DNA of 64,000 nt from an uncultured Actinomycetota bacterium (GTDB lineage: Bacteria > Actinomycetota > Actinomycetes > Streptosporangiales > Streptosporangiaceae), in NCBI GenBank assembly GCA_963744575.1, contig CAVUUF010000004.1, positions 52,972-116,971 on the forward strand. Direction: 5' to 3'. Shown here one piece after another: positions 18,569-30,827 of the stretch (the stretch's first letter is position 1; every line of letters starts with the position of its first letter). Below the pieces are notes generated by a model. That model saw only the letters and a list, made by a program, of their open reading frames with translations, ran no database searches and was not told the origin of the DNA. Position numbers and translations under genes: made by a program.

Positions 18569-19961
18569 GGTCGACGCCATGGGCGGGGATCACGCCCCCG
18601 ATGAGATCGTGGCCGGGGCGCTCGCGGCCCAGCGTGAGCACGGGGTCCGGGTACTGCTCACCGGGCCCGCGCCGCGGCTGCGTCAGGTGCTCGGCGGGAT
18701 CGGCGCCATCGACGAGGTCCAGATCGTGGCGGCCGAGGACAACCTGGCCATGGACGAGGGCGCGCTGGCCAGCCTGCGCCGCCCGCGCTCCAGCGTGGCG
18801 GTGGCGTGCCAGCTGGTCAGGCGCGGCGAGGCGGCGGCCGTGGTGTCGGCCGGGTCCACCGGCGGCATCGTGGCGACGGCGCGGCTGCGGCTGCGGTCGC
18901 TGCCCGGCGTGCTGCGGCCGGGGCTCGCCGTGGTGCTGCCGACCCGGCCGGGCCGCACGGTGCTCATCGACGCGGGCGCGACCGCCGATCCCAAGCCGGA
19001 GATGCTGGTCCAGTTCGGCCAGCTGGGCGTGGCGTACGCGCAGACCGCGCTCGGCGTCGCGGCGCCCCGGGTGGGCCTGCTGACGATCGGGACCGAACCG
19101 GGCAAGGGGAACAAGTTGACCAGGCGCGCGCACGAGCTGCTGGCCGCCGATCCGCCGCACGGGGCGCTCCCGCTGAGCTTCGCGGGCAACGTGGAAGGCG
19201 GCGGGCTGCTGGCCGGCGAGCTCGACGTGATCGTGACCGACGGCTTCACCGGGAACGTCGCGCTGAAGACGCTGGAGGGCTCGATCCGGTTCGCCACGGC
19301 CGAGCTGCGGGCCGCGGTGACCGCCACCAGGACCGCCCGCGTCGGCGCCTTCCTGCAGCGTCGCGGGCTGCGTGAGCTGGCCGCGCGGCTCGACGCCGAG
19401 AGCTACGGCGGCGCGGTGCTGCTCGGCCTGGGCGGAACCGTGGTCATCGCCCACGGCGCGAGCACCGCTCGCGCGGTCACCTCGGCCTGCCTGCTCGCGG
19501 CCGACCTGGCCCGCGCCGAGATCACCGAGAAGATCACCCAGCGGCTGGGCCCGGGCCGGCCGTGGCCGGGCCGGCCACTTCCTCCGCAGGCCGTTAGGTG
19601 CTGGTCGGCGGGCTGTCTCGCGCCAGAGCCCGCGCCGCCGCCTATAGGCTTGGGTCATGGCCGATCCACAGCAGGTTCTCGCGCGCCGGGTGCGCGACGC
19701 CATCGTCGCGTCGTTCGGCCCGGAATACGGCGATGCCGACCCGCTGATCCGGCCGTCCTCGTTCGCCGACCTGCAGGCCAACGTGGCGCTGCCGCTCGGC
19801 AAGCGGCTCGGCCGCCCGCCGCGGGAGGTGGCCGCCGAGCTGACCGCCCGGCTCGACGTGACCGACATGTGCACCGCGCCCCAGGTCAGCGGGCCCGGCT
19901 TCATCAACTTCACGCTGCGCGACGACTGGATCGCCGGGCAGGCCTCGCAGCTGCTCGATGA
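18507..19961 (+). CDS. plsX: Phosphate acyltransferase PlsX (3' end anomalous: no stop at the expected position)
   Basis: IAVDAMGGDHAPDEIV, SAGSTGG, DGFTGNVALKTLEG and AHGASTARA are PlsX motifs. Homology ends near ...EKITQRLG (about 19550), but the frame stays open to 19961, overlapping argS. GTG 18561 is an alternative start. Confidence 0.8.
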   Translation: MTAPAAVTAPAPATAPAPVIAVDAMGGDHAPDEIVAGALAAQREHGVRVLLTGPAPRLRQVLGGIGAIDEVQIVAAEDNLAMDEGALASLRRPRSSVAVACQLVRRGEAAAVVSAGSTGGIVATARLRLRSLPGVLRPGLAVVLPTRPGRTVLIDAGATADPKPEMLVQFGQLGVAYAQTALGVAAPRVGLLTIGTEPGKGNKLTRRAHELLAADPPHGALPLSFAGNVEGGGLLAGELDVIVTDGFTGNVALKTLEGSIRFATAELRAAVTATRTARVGAFLQRRGLRELAARLDAESYGGAVLLGLGGTVVIAHGASTARAVTSACLLAADLARAEITEKITQRLGPGRPWPGRPLPPQAVRCWSAGCLAPEPAPPPIGLGHGRSTAGSRAPGARRHRRVVRPGIRRCRPADPAVLVRRPAGQRGAAARQAARPPAAGGGRRADRPARRDRHVHRAPGQRARLHQLHAARRLDRRAGLAAAR

Positions 19962-21432
19962 TCCCCGGCTCGGACTGGCGCCGGTGACCAGCCCGCAGAC
20001 GGTGGTGGTGGAATACTCCTCGCCGAACGTCGCCAAGGAGATGCACGTCGGCCACCTGCGCACGACCATCGTCGGCGACGCCATCGCGCGTGTCCTGGAC
20101 TTCGCCGGGCACCGGGTGATCAGGGACAATCATGTCGGCGACTGGGGCACCCCGTTCGGCATGCTGATCGAGCACCTGCTCGACGTCGGCGCCGGCTCCG
20201 CCGAAGCGGCCCTGCTGACCACCGACCCGAACGCCTTTTACCAGGCGGCTCGGCGCAAGTTCGACACCGATCCCGCGTTCACCGAGCGGGCGCGGATCCG
20301 GCTGGTGCGGCTGCAGGCCGGGGACCCGGACACGATGGCCATCTGGCAGCGGCTCGTCGGCATCTCCCGGGAGTACCTGCACCAGGTCTACACCCGGCTC
20401 GGCGTCAGCCTGACCGACAACGACATCCGCGGCGAGAGCTTCTACAACGACATGCTCGCGGACACGGTCATCGCGCTGGAGGAGCAGGGGATCGCCACCA
20501 TGAGCGATCGCGCGCTGTGCGCGTTCCCGGCCGGGTTCACCGGCCGCGAGGGCCGCCCGCTGCCGCTCATCATCCGCAAGAGCGACGGCGGCTACAACTA
20601 CGCCACGACCGACCTCGCGGCGGTCCGCTACCGGGTGGACAAGCTCAGCTGCGACCGGTCGGTGTACGTGGTCGGCTCCGAGCAGGCCCTGCACTTCCAG
20701 ATGGTCTTCGCGGTGGCCCGTGAGGCCGGCTGGATCCCGGCCGGCGCCAGCTTCGAGCACGCCCAGATCGGCATGGTGCTCGGCCAGGACGGCAACCGGC
20801 TGAGGACCAGGGAAGGCGAGACGCCCAAGCTCAGCGGCCTGCTCCAGGAGGGCGTCGACCGGGCCCGCGGCATCCTCGACGAGCTGGACGCGGCGGCCAG
20901 GTTCGACGCCGCCGAACTGGACGCGGTGGCCGAGACGGTCGGCATCGGCGCGGTCAAGTACGCCGACCTGTCCACCGCCCGGGAGAGCGCCTACCTGTTC
21001 GACTGGGACCGGATGATCTCCTTCCGCGGTAACACCGGCCCGTACCTGCAGTACGCGACCGCGCGGATCCGGTCGATATTCCGCCGCGCCGCCGACGCCG
21101 CGGTCACCGGCACGGGGGGCGCGGACCCGGAGGCGGCCGCCCGCCGGTCCGGGGTCGCGATCACCGCCGGCCCGGAGCGGGCGCTCGCCCTGAAGCTGCT
21201 CGGCTTCGGCGCCGTGCTGACCCAGGTGGGCGAGACCGCCGAACCGCATCGCCTGTGCGCGTACCTGTTCGACGTGGCCAGCTTGTTCACCACGTTCTAT
21301 GAGGAGTGCCCGGTGCTCAGGGCGGAGACCGAGGCGCTGCGGGCCGGCCGGCTCGCGCTGTGCGCGCTCACGCTCGACGTGCTCAGCATGGGCCTTGACC
21401 TGCTCGGGGTGCCCGTTCCCGGGCGGATGTAA
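19657..21432 (+). CDS. argS: Arginine--tRNA ligase
   Basis: 591 aa with SSPNVAKEMHVGHLRTTIVGDAI (HIGH region), C-terminal anticodon-binding domain homology, and ends ...GVPVPGRM. Confidence 0.95.
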   Translation: MADPQQVLARRVRDAIVASFGPEYGDADPLIRPSSFADLQANVALPLGKRLGRPPREVAAELTARLDVTDMCTAPQVSGPGFINFTLRDDWIAGQASQLLDDPRLGLAPVTSPQTVVVEYSSPNVAKEMHVGHLRTTIVGDAIARVLDFAGHRVIRDNHVGDWGTPFGMLIEHLLDVGAGSAEAALLTTDPNAFYQAARRKFDTDPAFTERARIRLVRLQAGDPDTMAIWQRLVGISREYLHQVYTRLGVSLTDNDIRGESFYNDMLADTVIALEEQGIATMSDRALCAFPAGFTGREGRPLPLIIRKSDGGYNYATTDLAAVRYRVDKLSCDRSVYVVGSEQALHFQMVFAVAREAGWIPAGASFEHAQIGMVLGQDGNRLRTREGETPKLSGLLQEGVDRARGILDELDAAARFDAAELDAVAETVGIGAVKYADLSTARESAYLFDWDRMISFRGNTGPYLQYATARIRSIFRRAADAAVTGTGGADPEAAARRSGVAITAGPERALALKLLGFGAVLTQVGETAEPHRLCAYLFDVASLFTTFYEECPVLRAETEALRAGRLALCALTLDVLSMGLDLLGVPVPGRM

Positions 21433-21676
21433 CCGAGCGCTGAACTCCTCCGCGCTTTCCCCGCTCACCCAGCCGGGGCGCGCCGCGAGCATGTGAACTC
21501 GCGAACGTACTGCTTACAGGAGCCCGGATTCCAGGCCCGCCCGGAGCCGGCCAGGGCAATCTCGGACCCATGGACACGAACGGGCCGTCATTCGGTTACC
21601 CAGAAACCACCAGGCCCGGACAGTCGTACCCGGACGCGCGAAGCGGGCGTGCCGTCCACGGAACAAGGAGGCATCC

Positions 21677-22567
21677 ATGAGGGCCCGCGATCGGCGGTAC
21701 TTGAAGACCCGAGCCGGCATCGTGACCGCGGTGCTGGCCGGCGGCGCCGTGGCAGCGGCGGCGATGGTCGCCACGAACCACGGGGCGGCATCGGTGGCCA
21801 CGCCGGCCGCTTACTCGTCTGGTTACAGCAGCGAGGGAACCCTGCTCAGTTCGGCCCTGAGCGACTGGGGCTGGTCCAGGCCGAGTTCCTACCACCAGCT
21901 CGCCCGGCTCACCCAGGCCCGGACGTTCAGCCAGACCTGGCACCAGGGCCGGCTCCTCGCCGTGCAGCGCGGCGTCGTGGTGCTGGTTACCAGGAAGTTC
22001 CTGATCTTGCGGTCGGCCAACGGCGCACTGCACCTGTGGCTGCTGTCCGGCCACACGAAGATCCAGAATGTGTCGGGCACGGCGGCGGGCACCCAGGCGC
22101 TGACCGCCAGCATCAGTGCCACGCGGCAGGCGATGACCTCGGGCAACATGATCCCGGCCAGCACGCTGATGGCCGGCAGCCCGACCACGGCCGCGGCCAT
22201 GCTGACGCCCGCCCCGGCGCCGCAGACCGTTACCGTCCGGGTGGCGAACACCGACCTCACCGTGACGGTCACGGTGACCAGGGGCACCGCGACGGTGTCC
22301 CAGACCGCGACCACTCCGGCGGCGAGCATGCCGAGGTGGAGCCCGGTGACGTTCACCCAGAACGCCTGGCTGGCCAGCAGCCACCTCGCCCGCGGTGACC
22401 TCGCCCTGGTCGCGGGCACGCGATCGCACTGGACGCTGCACGCCCAGCTGATCCTGTTCACCCCGCTGAGCACCGCCGACGTCGGCGGCCGTGCCGGTGC
22501 CGGTGGCGCCACCGGCACCGGCACGGCACCGGCCACCCAGCCGACAGCCGCGGCGACCCACTGGTGA
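21677..22567 (+). CDS. Secreted Thr/Ala-rich hypothetical protein
   Basis: AAGGAGG RBS, signal-peptide-like N-terminus (RAGIVTAVLAGGAVAAAAMVA), and a TVTVRVANTDLTVTVTVTRGTATV low-complexity beta-like segment. I recognise no family. Confidence 0.55.
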   Translation: MRARDRRYLKTRAGIVTAVLAGGAVAAAAMVATNHGAASVATPAAYSSGYSSEGTLLSSALSDWGWSRPSSYHQLARLTQARTFSQTWHQGRLLAVQRGVVVLVTRKFLILRSANGALHLWLLSGHTKIQNVSGTAAGTQALTASISATRQAMTSGNMIPASTLMAGSPTTAAAMLTPAPAPQTVTVRVANTDLTVTVTVTRGTATVSQTATTPAASMPRWSPVTFTQNAWLASSHLARGDLALVAGTRSHWTLHAQLILFTPLSTADVGGRAGAGGATGTGTAPATQPTAAATHW

Positions 22568-23013
22568 GTCCGGCCGGCCAGCCCCAGGCGGCGCCAGCCT
22601 GGCTGGCGCACCCGCGTTCCGCGCGGGTGCGCCGGCCGGGGCACGCTGCCGGTCCCGGATACGCGCATGACTGTTACCCCGACCCCGCGGACCACGGGGA
22701 GGACACCGGGCCGCGCCTGCTGCGCTGCGGCGACCTGGTGCTGGACGAGTCCCGGTGGACGGTGCACCGCGCCGGAACGCTGGTGGAGCTGTCCCCGACC
22801 GAATTCCGGCTGCTGGCCTGCCTGCTGCGGCATCAGGGCAGCGTGCTGAGCAGGGCGCAGCTGCTGCAGCACGTGTGGGGCCTCGGCTACACCGGCCAGT
22901 CCCAGGTGGTGGAGACCTACGTCAGCTACCTGCGGCGTAAGCTCCACCGGCTCGGGCCGCCGCTCATCCACACCCGCCGTGGCGTCGGTTACCTGCTACG
23001 CAGTGCCGGCTAG
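22564..23013 (+). CDS. Stand-alone OmpR/PhoB-type winged-helix DNA-binding protein (no receiver domain)
   Basis: The C-terminal 95 aa (LRCGDLVLDESRWTVHRAGTLVELSPTEFRLLACLL...VWG...VETYVSYLRRKL...IHTRRGVGYLL) form a complete Trans_reg_C domain. The N-terminal 50 aa or so are not receiver-like. The GTG overlaps the upstream stop (GTGA). Confidence 0.7.
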   Translation: MSPAGQPQAAPAWLAHPRSARVRRPGHAAGPGYAHDCYPDPADHGEDTGPRLLRCGDLVLDESRWTVHRAGTLVELSPTEFRLLACLLRHQGSVLSRAQLLQHVWGLGYTGQSQVVETYVSYLRRKLHRLGPPLIHTRRGVGYLLRSAG

Positions 23014-23121
23014 CCCCGGCCGAGCCGGTCCTGGGCCGCACGGCACCTCGCCTCGCGCCGGGGGGGCCGAATGCCGTACGCTCGAAGCGGGTTCGCCAAC
23101 CGCAGGCTCAGGAGGCGGCTA

Positions 23122-23289
23122 ATGACCGGACTCATCTTGCTGGTCTTCATCTGCGCCCTGATCGCGCTGGGATGGACGCGCTTGCGCGGCAAGATGAAGC
23201 TGAACGTATCGGGTAAGCACTGGCTGGGGCCGATCGTCATCGTCGGCGTGGTCCTGCTCCTGATGTGGTCGGCGCATAGCGGCCACTGA
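23122..23289 (+). CDS. Small (55 aa) two-TM membrane protein
   Basis: AGGAGG lies 7 nt before the ATG. The product is MTGLILLVFICALIALGW...LGPIVIVGVVLLLMW, two clear hydrophobic helices. Local GC is lower. It fits exactly in the gap left once the PP2C gene is read in its corrected frame. Confidence 0.45.
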   Translation: MTGLILLVFICALIALGWTRLRGKMKLNVSGKHWLGPIVIVGVVLLLMWSAHSGH

Positions 23290-23316
23290 TCCGGCGGACC
23301 GGCTGCGGCCGGCCGC

Positions 23317-25610
23317 TCAGTGCTGGCCGCCGCTGCGCGGCATCTCGAACCAGACCGCCTTGCCTTCCGGGGTGGGCCTGGACCCCCACCGGGTAGCCAG
23401 CTGCTCGACCAGGTAGAGGCCACGGCCGCCCTCGTCCGTCTCCCCCGCGGTGCGGATCCGGGGCAGCCTGAGGTCGGAATCGAACACCTCCACCCACACC
23501 GAGGCGGCGCCGCGCCGCAACCGCAGCGCGAAGTCCCGGGACGACGAGGGGGGCTGCGGCGGGCCGGCCGGGTCCGCGGCGGCGCGGCGGTGTTCGCGGC
23601 GCGGGCGAGGCCGGACCCGCCGGGGGCGCCCACCGCCGCGGGCATGACCAGCGGCTCCATCTCCAGGTCGAGGTCGAGGTGGCGTCCCGCGCTCGGCGTG
23701 ACCGAAGCATGCAGCACCGCGTTGGTGACCACCTCAGAGACCAGCAGGCAGGCGAGCTCGGCCTGCCCGGTGTCCATGCCCCAGGACCGGAACGTCTGGG
23801 CGGCCAGCCGGCGCGCCTCGGAGACCATGATCGGTTCGGCCGGGAACGTGCGCTCGGCCGAGGCGAGCTCGGACGGCGAGGACTTGACCACCAGGATCGC
23901 CATGTCGTCGTCGATGTCCCCGGGCACCGCGTACTCCGCCGCCGTGGCCACGGCGTCCGCGTCCCCGCTGGCCGCGGCGGCGCGGACGGCCTGCTGCAGC
24001 ATCTCCACCGCTTCGGCCTCGGTGTAGTGGCCCGAACTGTCGGCCCGGGTCCGCCGGTCGGTCAGGCCGTCGGTGTAGAACACCAGGATGGCCCCGGGCG
24101 GCATGGCGATGGTCTGCGTCTTGTAGGTGGGCAGCCCGCTGATGCCCTTGCCCCGCACGCCGAGCAGGACGCCCTTGTGCCGGAACTCGAGCTGCCGCAC
24201 CTGCCCGCCGCTGATCAGCAGCGGGGCGTCGTGGCCCGCGTTGGCGAAGGTCAGCTCCCTCGACCACGCGTCGTAGATCATGTAGATGCAGCTCACCGTG
24301 GGCGGGTCCCCGGCCAGCATGCCGTTCTCGCCGGCCGGGGCGAGCGCGCGGCACCAGTCGTCGAGTTTGCGCATGATGTCCGCGGGCGACTTCTCATCCT
24401 GGGCGAACGCCCGCAGGGCCGCCCGCAGCTGGCCCATGATCGCCGCCGCCCGCGGGCCGCGGCCCTCGACGTCGCCGATGACGATGCCCACCCGTCCGGC
24501 GGCCAGCGGGATGATGTCATACCAGTCGCCGCCCACCTGCGTCTGGATCCCCTGGCCCTGGGTCTCCAGCGGTTTGGCCGGCACGTACCTGCAGGCCACC
24601 TGCAGGCCGTCCAGCTCGGGCATCGCCTGCGGCAGCAGGCTCTTCTGGAACGCCAGCGCGGTCTGCCGCTCGGTCTCGAACAGCATCGCGTTGTCGATCG
24701 CGATGGCCACCCGGCTGGCGATGGCGCCGATGAGATCGCGGTCGGGCGTGTCGTAGTGGTGCACGTCACGCTCGGTGAGCCGGGACAGGGCCAGGCTCAT
24801 CACGCCGAGAAGCTCTCCCCGCGCGTACAGCGGTGCCGCTATCACTGACGTCAGCCCGGCCTGGCGCGCCGCCGCCATGCTCTCCGGGCTCGGCGCGGGA
24901 TAGTAATCGCTGTCCAGGTCGTTGATCGCGATCGCGTCCAGGCGGGCCATCGCCTGCTGGCAGAAGTGACCGTCGGGATAGTGGATCTGCTCGCCCACCT
25001 GGGCCCAGGTCCCCGGCGGCGGCACCCAGTCGCTGGCGTGCCGCATGGCGCGGCGGATCAGCTGCTCACCGGCGAACAGGTCGATGAAGCAGTGATCGGC
25101 GAACTGCGGCACCAGGATCTGCGCCACGTGCTTGAGCGTGGTGCCGATTTCCAGGGATCCGGCCAGCCGCTCGCCCACCCGCTCGAGCAGGGCGATCCGG
25201 TCCTGCTGGTCCTGCCCTCCGGGGTGGCCCGCCTCCCGGGCCAGGATCACCATCCCGTCGATGTCGCCGTCCGGGGGCCGCAGCGGAACGGCGAAGGCCC
25301 GGATGAGCGTGCGGGACCCGTCGCCATCCGCGCTCTCGCACATCCCCTCCCAGGACCGGCCGCCCAGCACCTGTCCGACCAGGTCGTCCGTCCTATCCGC
25401 GCCGTCGTCGGCGAACAGGCCCAGCGACTCCACCGGGCAGCCGGCCAGCCGCGCGGTGTCACCGGGAACCTGGAAGAGCCGCGCCGCGAACTCGTTGACG
25501 TAGCGAATCTGGCCGAGCCGGTCGGTGACCACGACCGCTATCTGGGCATGGCTGAGCCCCACGTCAGCAGGAAGGCATGCGTCGGAAGCCGCATCACCCC
25601 AGCCCGGCAC
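23317..25610 (-). CDS. PAS-GAF-PP2C (SpoIIE-type) phosphatase fused to an RsbW-like HATPase domain; frameshifted within the HATPase domain
   Basis: PP2C motifs GGDWYD, VIGDVEGRG and VFYTDGL, followed by EVVTNAVLHA. The remainder of the HATPase domain (ASVWVEVFDSDLRLP...GGRGLYLVEQLATRWG) is in another frame, ending at 23317. Confidence 0.8.
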
Positions 25611-25652
25611 GTCCGCGCTCCCCAGCCCAGGCAGCGTTGCCGATTGACATGA

Positions 25653-26399
25653 TCACGCTCCGGCCACCGTCTGACACCGGCTGCTAATGGACACGAAAAT
25701 GTGCGCGGCGATCTGACTGGGGAGGTCAGTAGAGATAGCGTCCATCGAGTCGCCGGCTGTCACGCGTACACCATCATCGCCCGTCATGAGAATCACCTCG
25801 CGTCCGGGTTGTATCCCGGCGCGCTTGAGTTTAAGCATCAGAACAAGATCGCTTTGAATTTGCTCGCCAATTCGCCGGATGACGACCCGGGTATCGTCCG
25901 GGGATGCGACCCTTGTCATCGCCTCGCCCGTCTCGTTCGAGGCCGCCCGCACCCGGTCGAGCGCCTCCGCGGGCAGACCGAGTTCGGCCAGGCCAGGTAT
26001 GAGATTGCCGTGCGGGCAGCGGACCGGGTAGCCGAGCAGTTCGAGCAGGCGGTGCTCCACGCTCTCCGAGATCACGTGCTCCCAGCGGCACGCCTCGATG
26101 TGCACTTCCTCCCACGGCAGCTTGATGACGTCGACGAGCAGGCATTCGGCCAGCCGGTGCTTGCGCATGACCCTGGTGGCGAGCGTCCGGCCGACCTCGC
26201 TCAGCGACAGCTGCCGGTCCCCGGCCACGTGCACCAGCCCGTCCCGCTCCATCCGGGCCACCGTCTGGCTGACGGTCGGGCCGCTCTGCGTCAGCCGCTC
26301 GGCAATGCGCGCCCGCAGCGGGACGACGCCCTCTTCCTCAAGTTCGAAGATGGTACGCAGGTACATCTCCGTCGTGTCAATGAGCCCCTGGGCTGTCAA
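25653..26399 (-). CDS. ideR: Iron-dependent repressor, DtxR/IdeR family
   Basis: DTTEMYLRTIFELEEEGVVPLRARIAERL..SGPTVSQTVARMERDGL and RKHRLAECLL..VI...WEEVHIEACRWEHV, plus a C-terminal SH3-like domain. Confidence 0.9.
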   Translation of the reverse strand: MTAQGLIDTTEMYLRTIFELEEEGVVPLRARIAERLTQSGPTVSQTVARMERDGLVHVAGDRQLSLSEVGRTLATRVMRKHRLAECLLVDVIKLPWEEVHIEACRWEHVISESVEHRLLELLGYPVRCPHGNLIPGLAELGLPAEALDRVRAASNETGEAMTRVASPDDTRVVIRRIGEQIQSDLVLMLKLKRAGIQPGREVILMTGDDGVRVTAGDSMDAISTDLPSQIAAHIFVSISSRCQTVAGA

Positions 26400-26564
26400 C
26401 TCCTCATCCTCCTGCTTGTGATGCTATGCCGCAGCGGCGAGAACGTGATCCCGTGACCCGGGAAAGGGCGAAAGGAGCGCCGCGATCAGCAGCATTCGGT
26501 GAATAACGCGGGGCGAATCGCCTAACGGAGCTGCCCGGCTGCTTATTCCGCCCGCCGCGCGGCG

Positions 26565-27224
26565 TCAGGGGGACAGCCGGTCGACGGCCCAGCCGCCGCC
26601 GGCCCGCCGGTAGCGCATCCGGTCATGCAACCGGAACGCGCCAGCCTGCCAGAACTCCACCGCGTCGGGTTCGAGAAGGTACCCGCCCCAGAAGTCGGGC
26701 ATCGGCACCTGGCCGGGCTCCGGCCAGCGCCGTTCCAGTTCGGCCACGCGGTCCTCGAGAACCGCCCGCGACGCGATCACGGTCGACTGCCTGCTGGCCC
26801 ACGCCCCGATCTGGGAGCCCCGGGGCCTCGACCTGAAGTAGGGCTCGCTCTCGGCTTGCGACAGCAGGCGGACCCGGCCTTCCACGATCACCTGGCGCTC
26901 GATGCCGTACCACGGGAACACCAGGCAGGCCGCCGGGGTCGCGGCCAGTTCCCTGCCCTTGCGCGAGGTTCGGTTGCTGTAGAAGGTGAATCCGGCCTGG
27001 TCATGAGCCTTCAGCAGCACCGTGCGGGCCCGCGGGCGGCCCTCCGCGGTAATCGTGGACAGCACCATCGCCGTGGGCTCGGGCATTCCCGACGCCAGCG
27101 CGTCGGCCATCCACCGGGCGAACTGCGTCATCGGTTCGCCGGCTATCTGGTGCTCGGGCAAGCCTCGCAAGACTGGCGTGGCCGACGCGGGCGCCACGGG
27201 AGTTTCACTCTGCGTAGAGTCCAT
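26565..27224 (-). CDS. pdxH: Pyridoxamine 5'-phosphate oxidase
   Basis: TVLLKAHDQAGFTFYSNRTSRKG, YFRSRPRGSQIGAWAS and EFWQAGAFRLHDRMRY are classic PdxH motifs. Confidence 0.9.
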   Translation of the reverse strand: MDSTQSETPVAPASATPVLRGLPEHQIAGEPMTQFARWMADALASGMPEPTAMVLSTITAEGRPRARTVLLKAHDQAGFTFYSNRTSRKGRELAATPAACLVFPWYGIERQVIVEGRVRLLSQAESEPYFRSRPRGSQIGAWASRQSTVIASRAVLEDRVAELERRWPEPGQVPMPDFWGGYLLEPDAVEFWQAGAFRLHDRMRYRRAGGGWAVDRLSP

Positions 27225-27541
27225 GGTTACTGATCCGTTGCGGTCGGTGAGCTTGACTGAACTCTAGTCCCGCGCGGCCGACGCCGGGCCACGCCCGCAC
27301 CGAAGCTGCCCTGATGCCCGCCCGGTGCCCAGCCCGGACGCCTGGCCGGATGCCCCGGCGAGGCCATGCCCGCGGGGACTTCGGAAGGGCCGGAGGGGCA
27401 CCCGGGACGTTCGGGATAGGCCGGATGACGCCTGCTACCCATCTCCTTCGTCAAAATTCATTCGGCATACACTCGCAATGACCAGAGCAGAGCTTGGTAG
27501 CAGCCTCGGGCACCCCATGAGGCCGACGAGAGGAAACACCG

Positions 27542-29903
<2,362 letters not shown>

Positions 29904-30166
29904 CCGGAAGCGGCTAGCGGATGATCGACCCGACCAGCACGGTCAGCACGAGCAGCACCAGAACGGCCGGAAGCAGCCATCGGGGCATCCGGTTCACGAG
30001 GACAGCCTGCAAACGTGCGGACGGCACGAGATCCGAGGGAGAAGGGTTGGGCCATGGTGACAACGCCCGTCGGTCAGGCATGCTGAGCGGGTCCCCGGGT
30101 TTAGACCCCAAGACGCAGGAGGGGACCAACCGCCCGGCTGGATCGACCGCCGCTCCAGGGGACGTC

Positions 30167-30745
30167 ATGCGGCTATTCGTGGCCATCGCGCCGCCCTCGG
30201 CGGTGCTCGACGAACTCGACGCCCTGGTGGAGCCGCTCCGCGCGAGCCGGCTCGACCTGCGCTGGACCAACCGGGAAGCCTGGCACCTGACCCTGGCCTT
30301 TCTCGGCCAGGTCAACGAGGCCGCCGTGGCCCGGCTGCTGCCGCGCCTGGAGCGGGCCGCCCGCCGGCACCACCAGGTCCGGCTGGCGTTCGCCGGGGCG
30401 GGTGCCTTCCCGTCGCCGAGGCGGGCGAACGTGCTGTGGAGCGGCCTGTCCGGTGACCGCAGGGCGCTGGCCCGGCTGGCCGAATCGGTCGCCGCGGGCG
30501 CCAGCCGCGCCGGCGCGCCGCCGCCCGACCGGGGGCGCCGCTTCCAGCCGCACCTGACCCTGGCCCGGTGCCGGATGCCCGCCGACATCACCGGTCTCGT
30601 CACCCGGCTCGGCGACTACCAGGGGCAGCCGTGGACCGCGGACCGCGTGCACCTGGTGCGCAGCCGCCTGGGCGCGACCGAGCACCCCAGGTACACCTCG
30701 CTCGCCAGCTGGCCGCTGCGGCCCCCGCCTGTCCCGCTTGACTGA
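30167..30745 (+). CDS. thpR: RNA 2',3'-cyclic phosphodiesterase (2H family, ThpR/LigT)
   Basis: MRLFVAIAPP with two HxTx motifs (WHLTLAFLG and PHLTLARC). The ORF portion upstream of 30167 is non-homologous. Confidence 0.8.
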   Translation: MRLFVAIAPPSAVLDELDALVEPLRASRLDLRWTNREAWHLTLAFLGQVNEAAVARLLPRLERAARRHHQVRLAFAGAGAFPSPRRANVLWSGLSGDRRALARLAESVAAGASRAGAPPPDRGRRFQPHLTLARCRMPADITGLVTRLGDYQGQPWTADRVHLVRSRLGATEHPRYTSLASWPLRPPPVPLD

Positions 30746-30752
30746 GACGAGG

Positions 30753-30773
30753 CAGCGCGGGCTGACCGCGCTG
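30753..30773. terminator. Hairpin CAGCGCGG-gctga-CCGCGCTG in the convergent thpR/marR spacer
   Basis: 8-bp stem read directly. It is embedded in a 14-nt direct repeat GAGGCAGCGCGGGC (30749-30762 and 30777-30790). There is no clear U-tract. Confidence 0.4.
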
Positions 30774-30827
30774 GCTGAGGCAGCGCGGGCGGCCCGCGTC
30801 CCGGCCCGCTGAACACGGCCTGCCGCG

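Noticed and set aside
29914-30081. A minus-strand 55-codon ORF ending in a hydrophobic helix (MPRWLLPAVLVLLVLTVLVGSIIR), between serC and thpR.
   Set aside because: A small membrane protein is plausible (mycobacteria have one near serC). However, there is no convincing RBS and no homology I can cite, so it is not reported as a feature.
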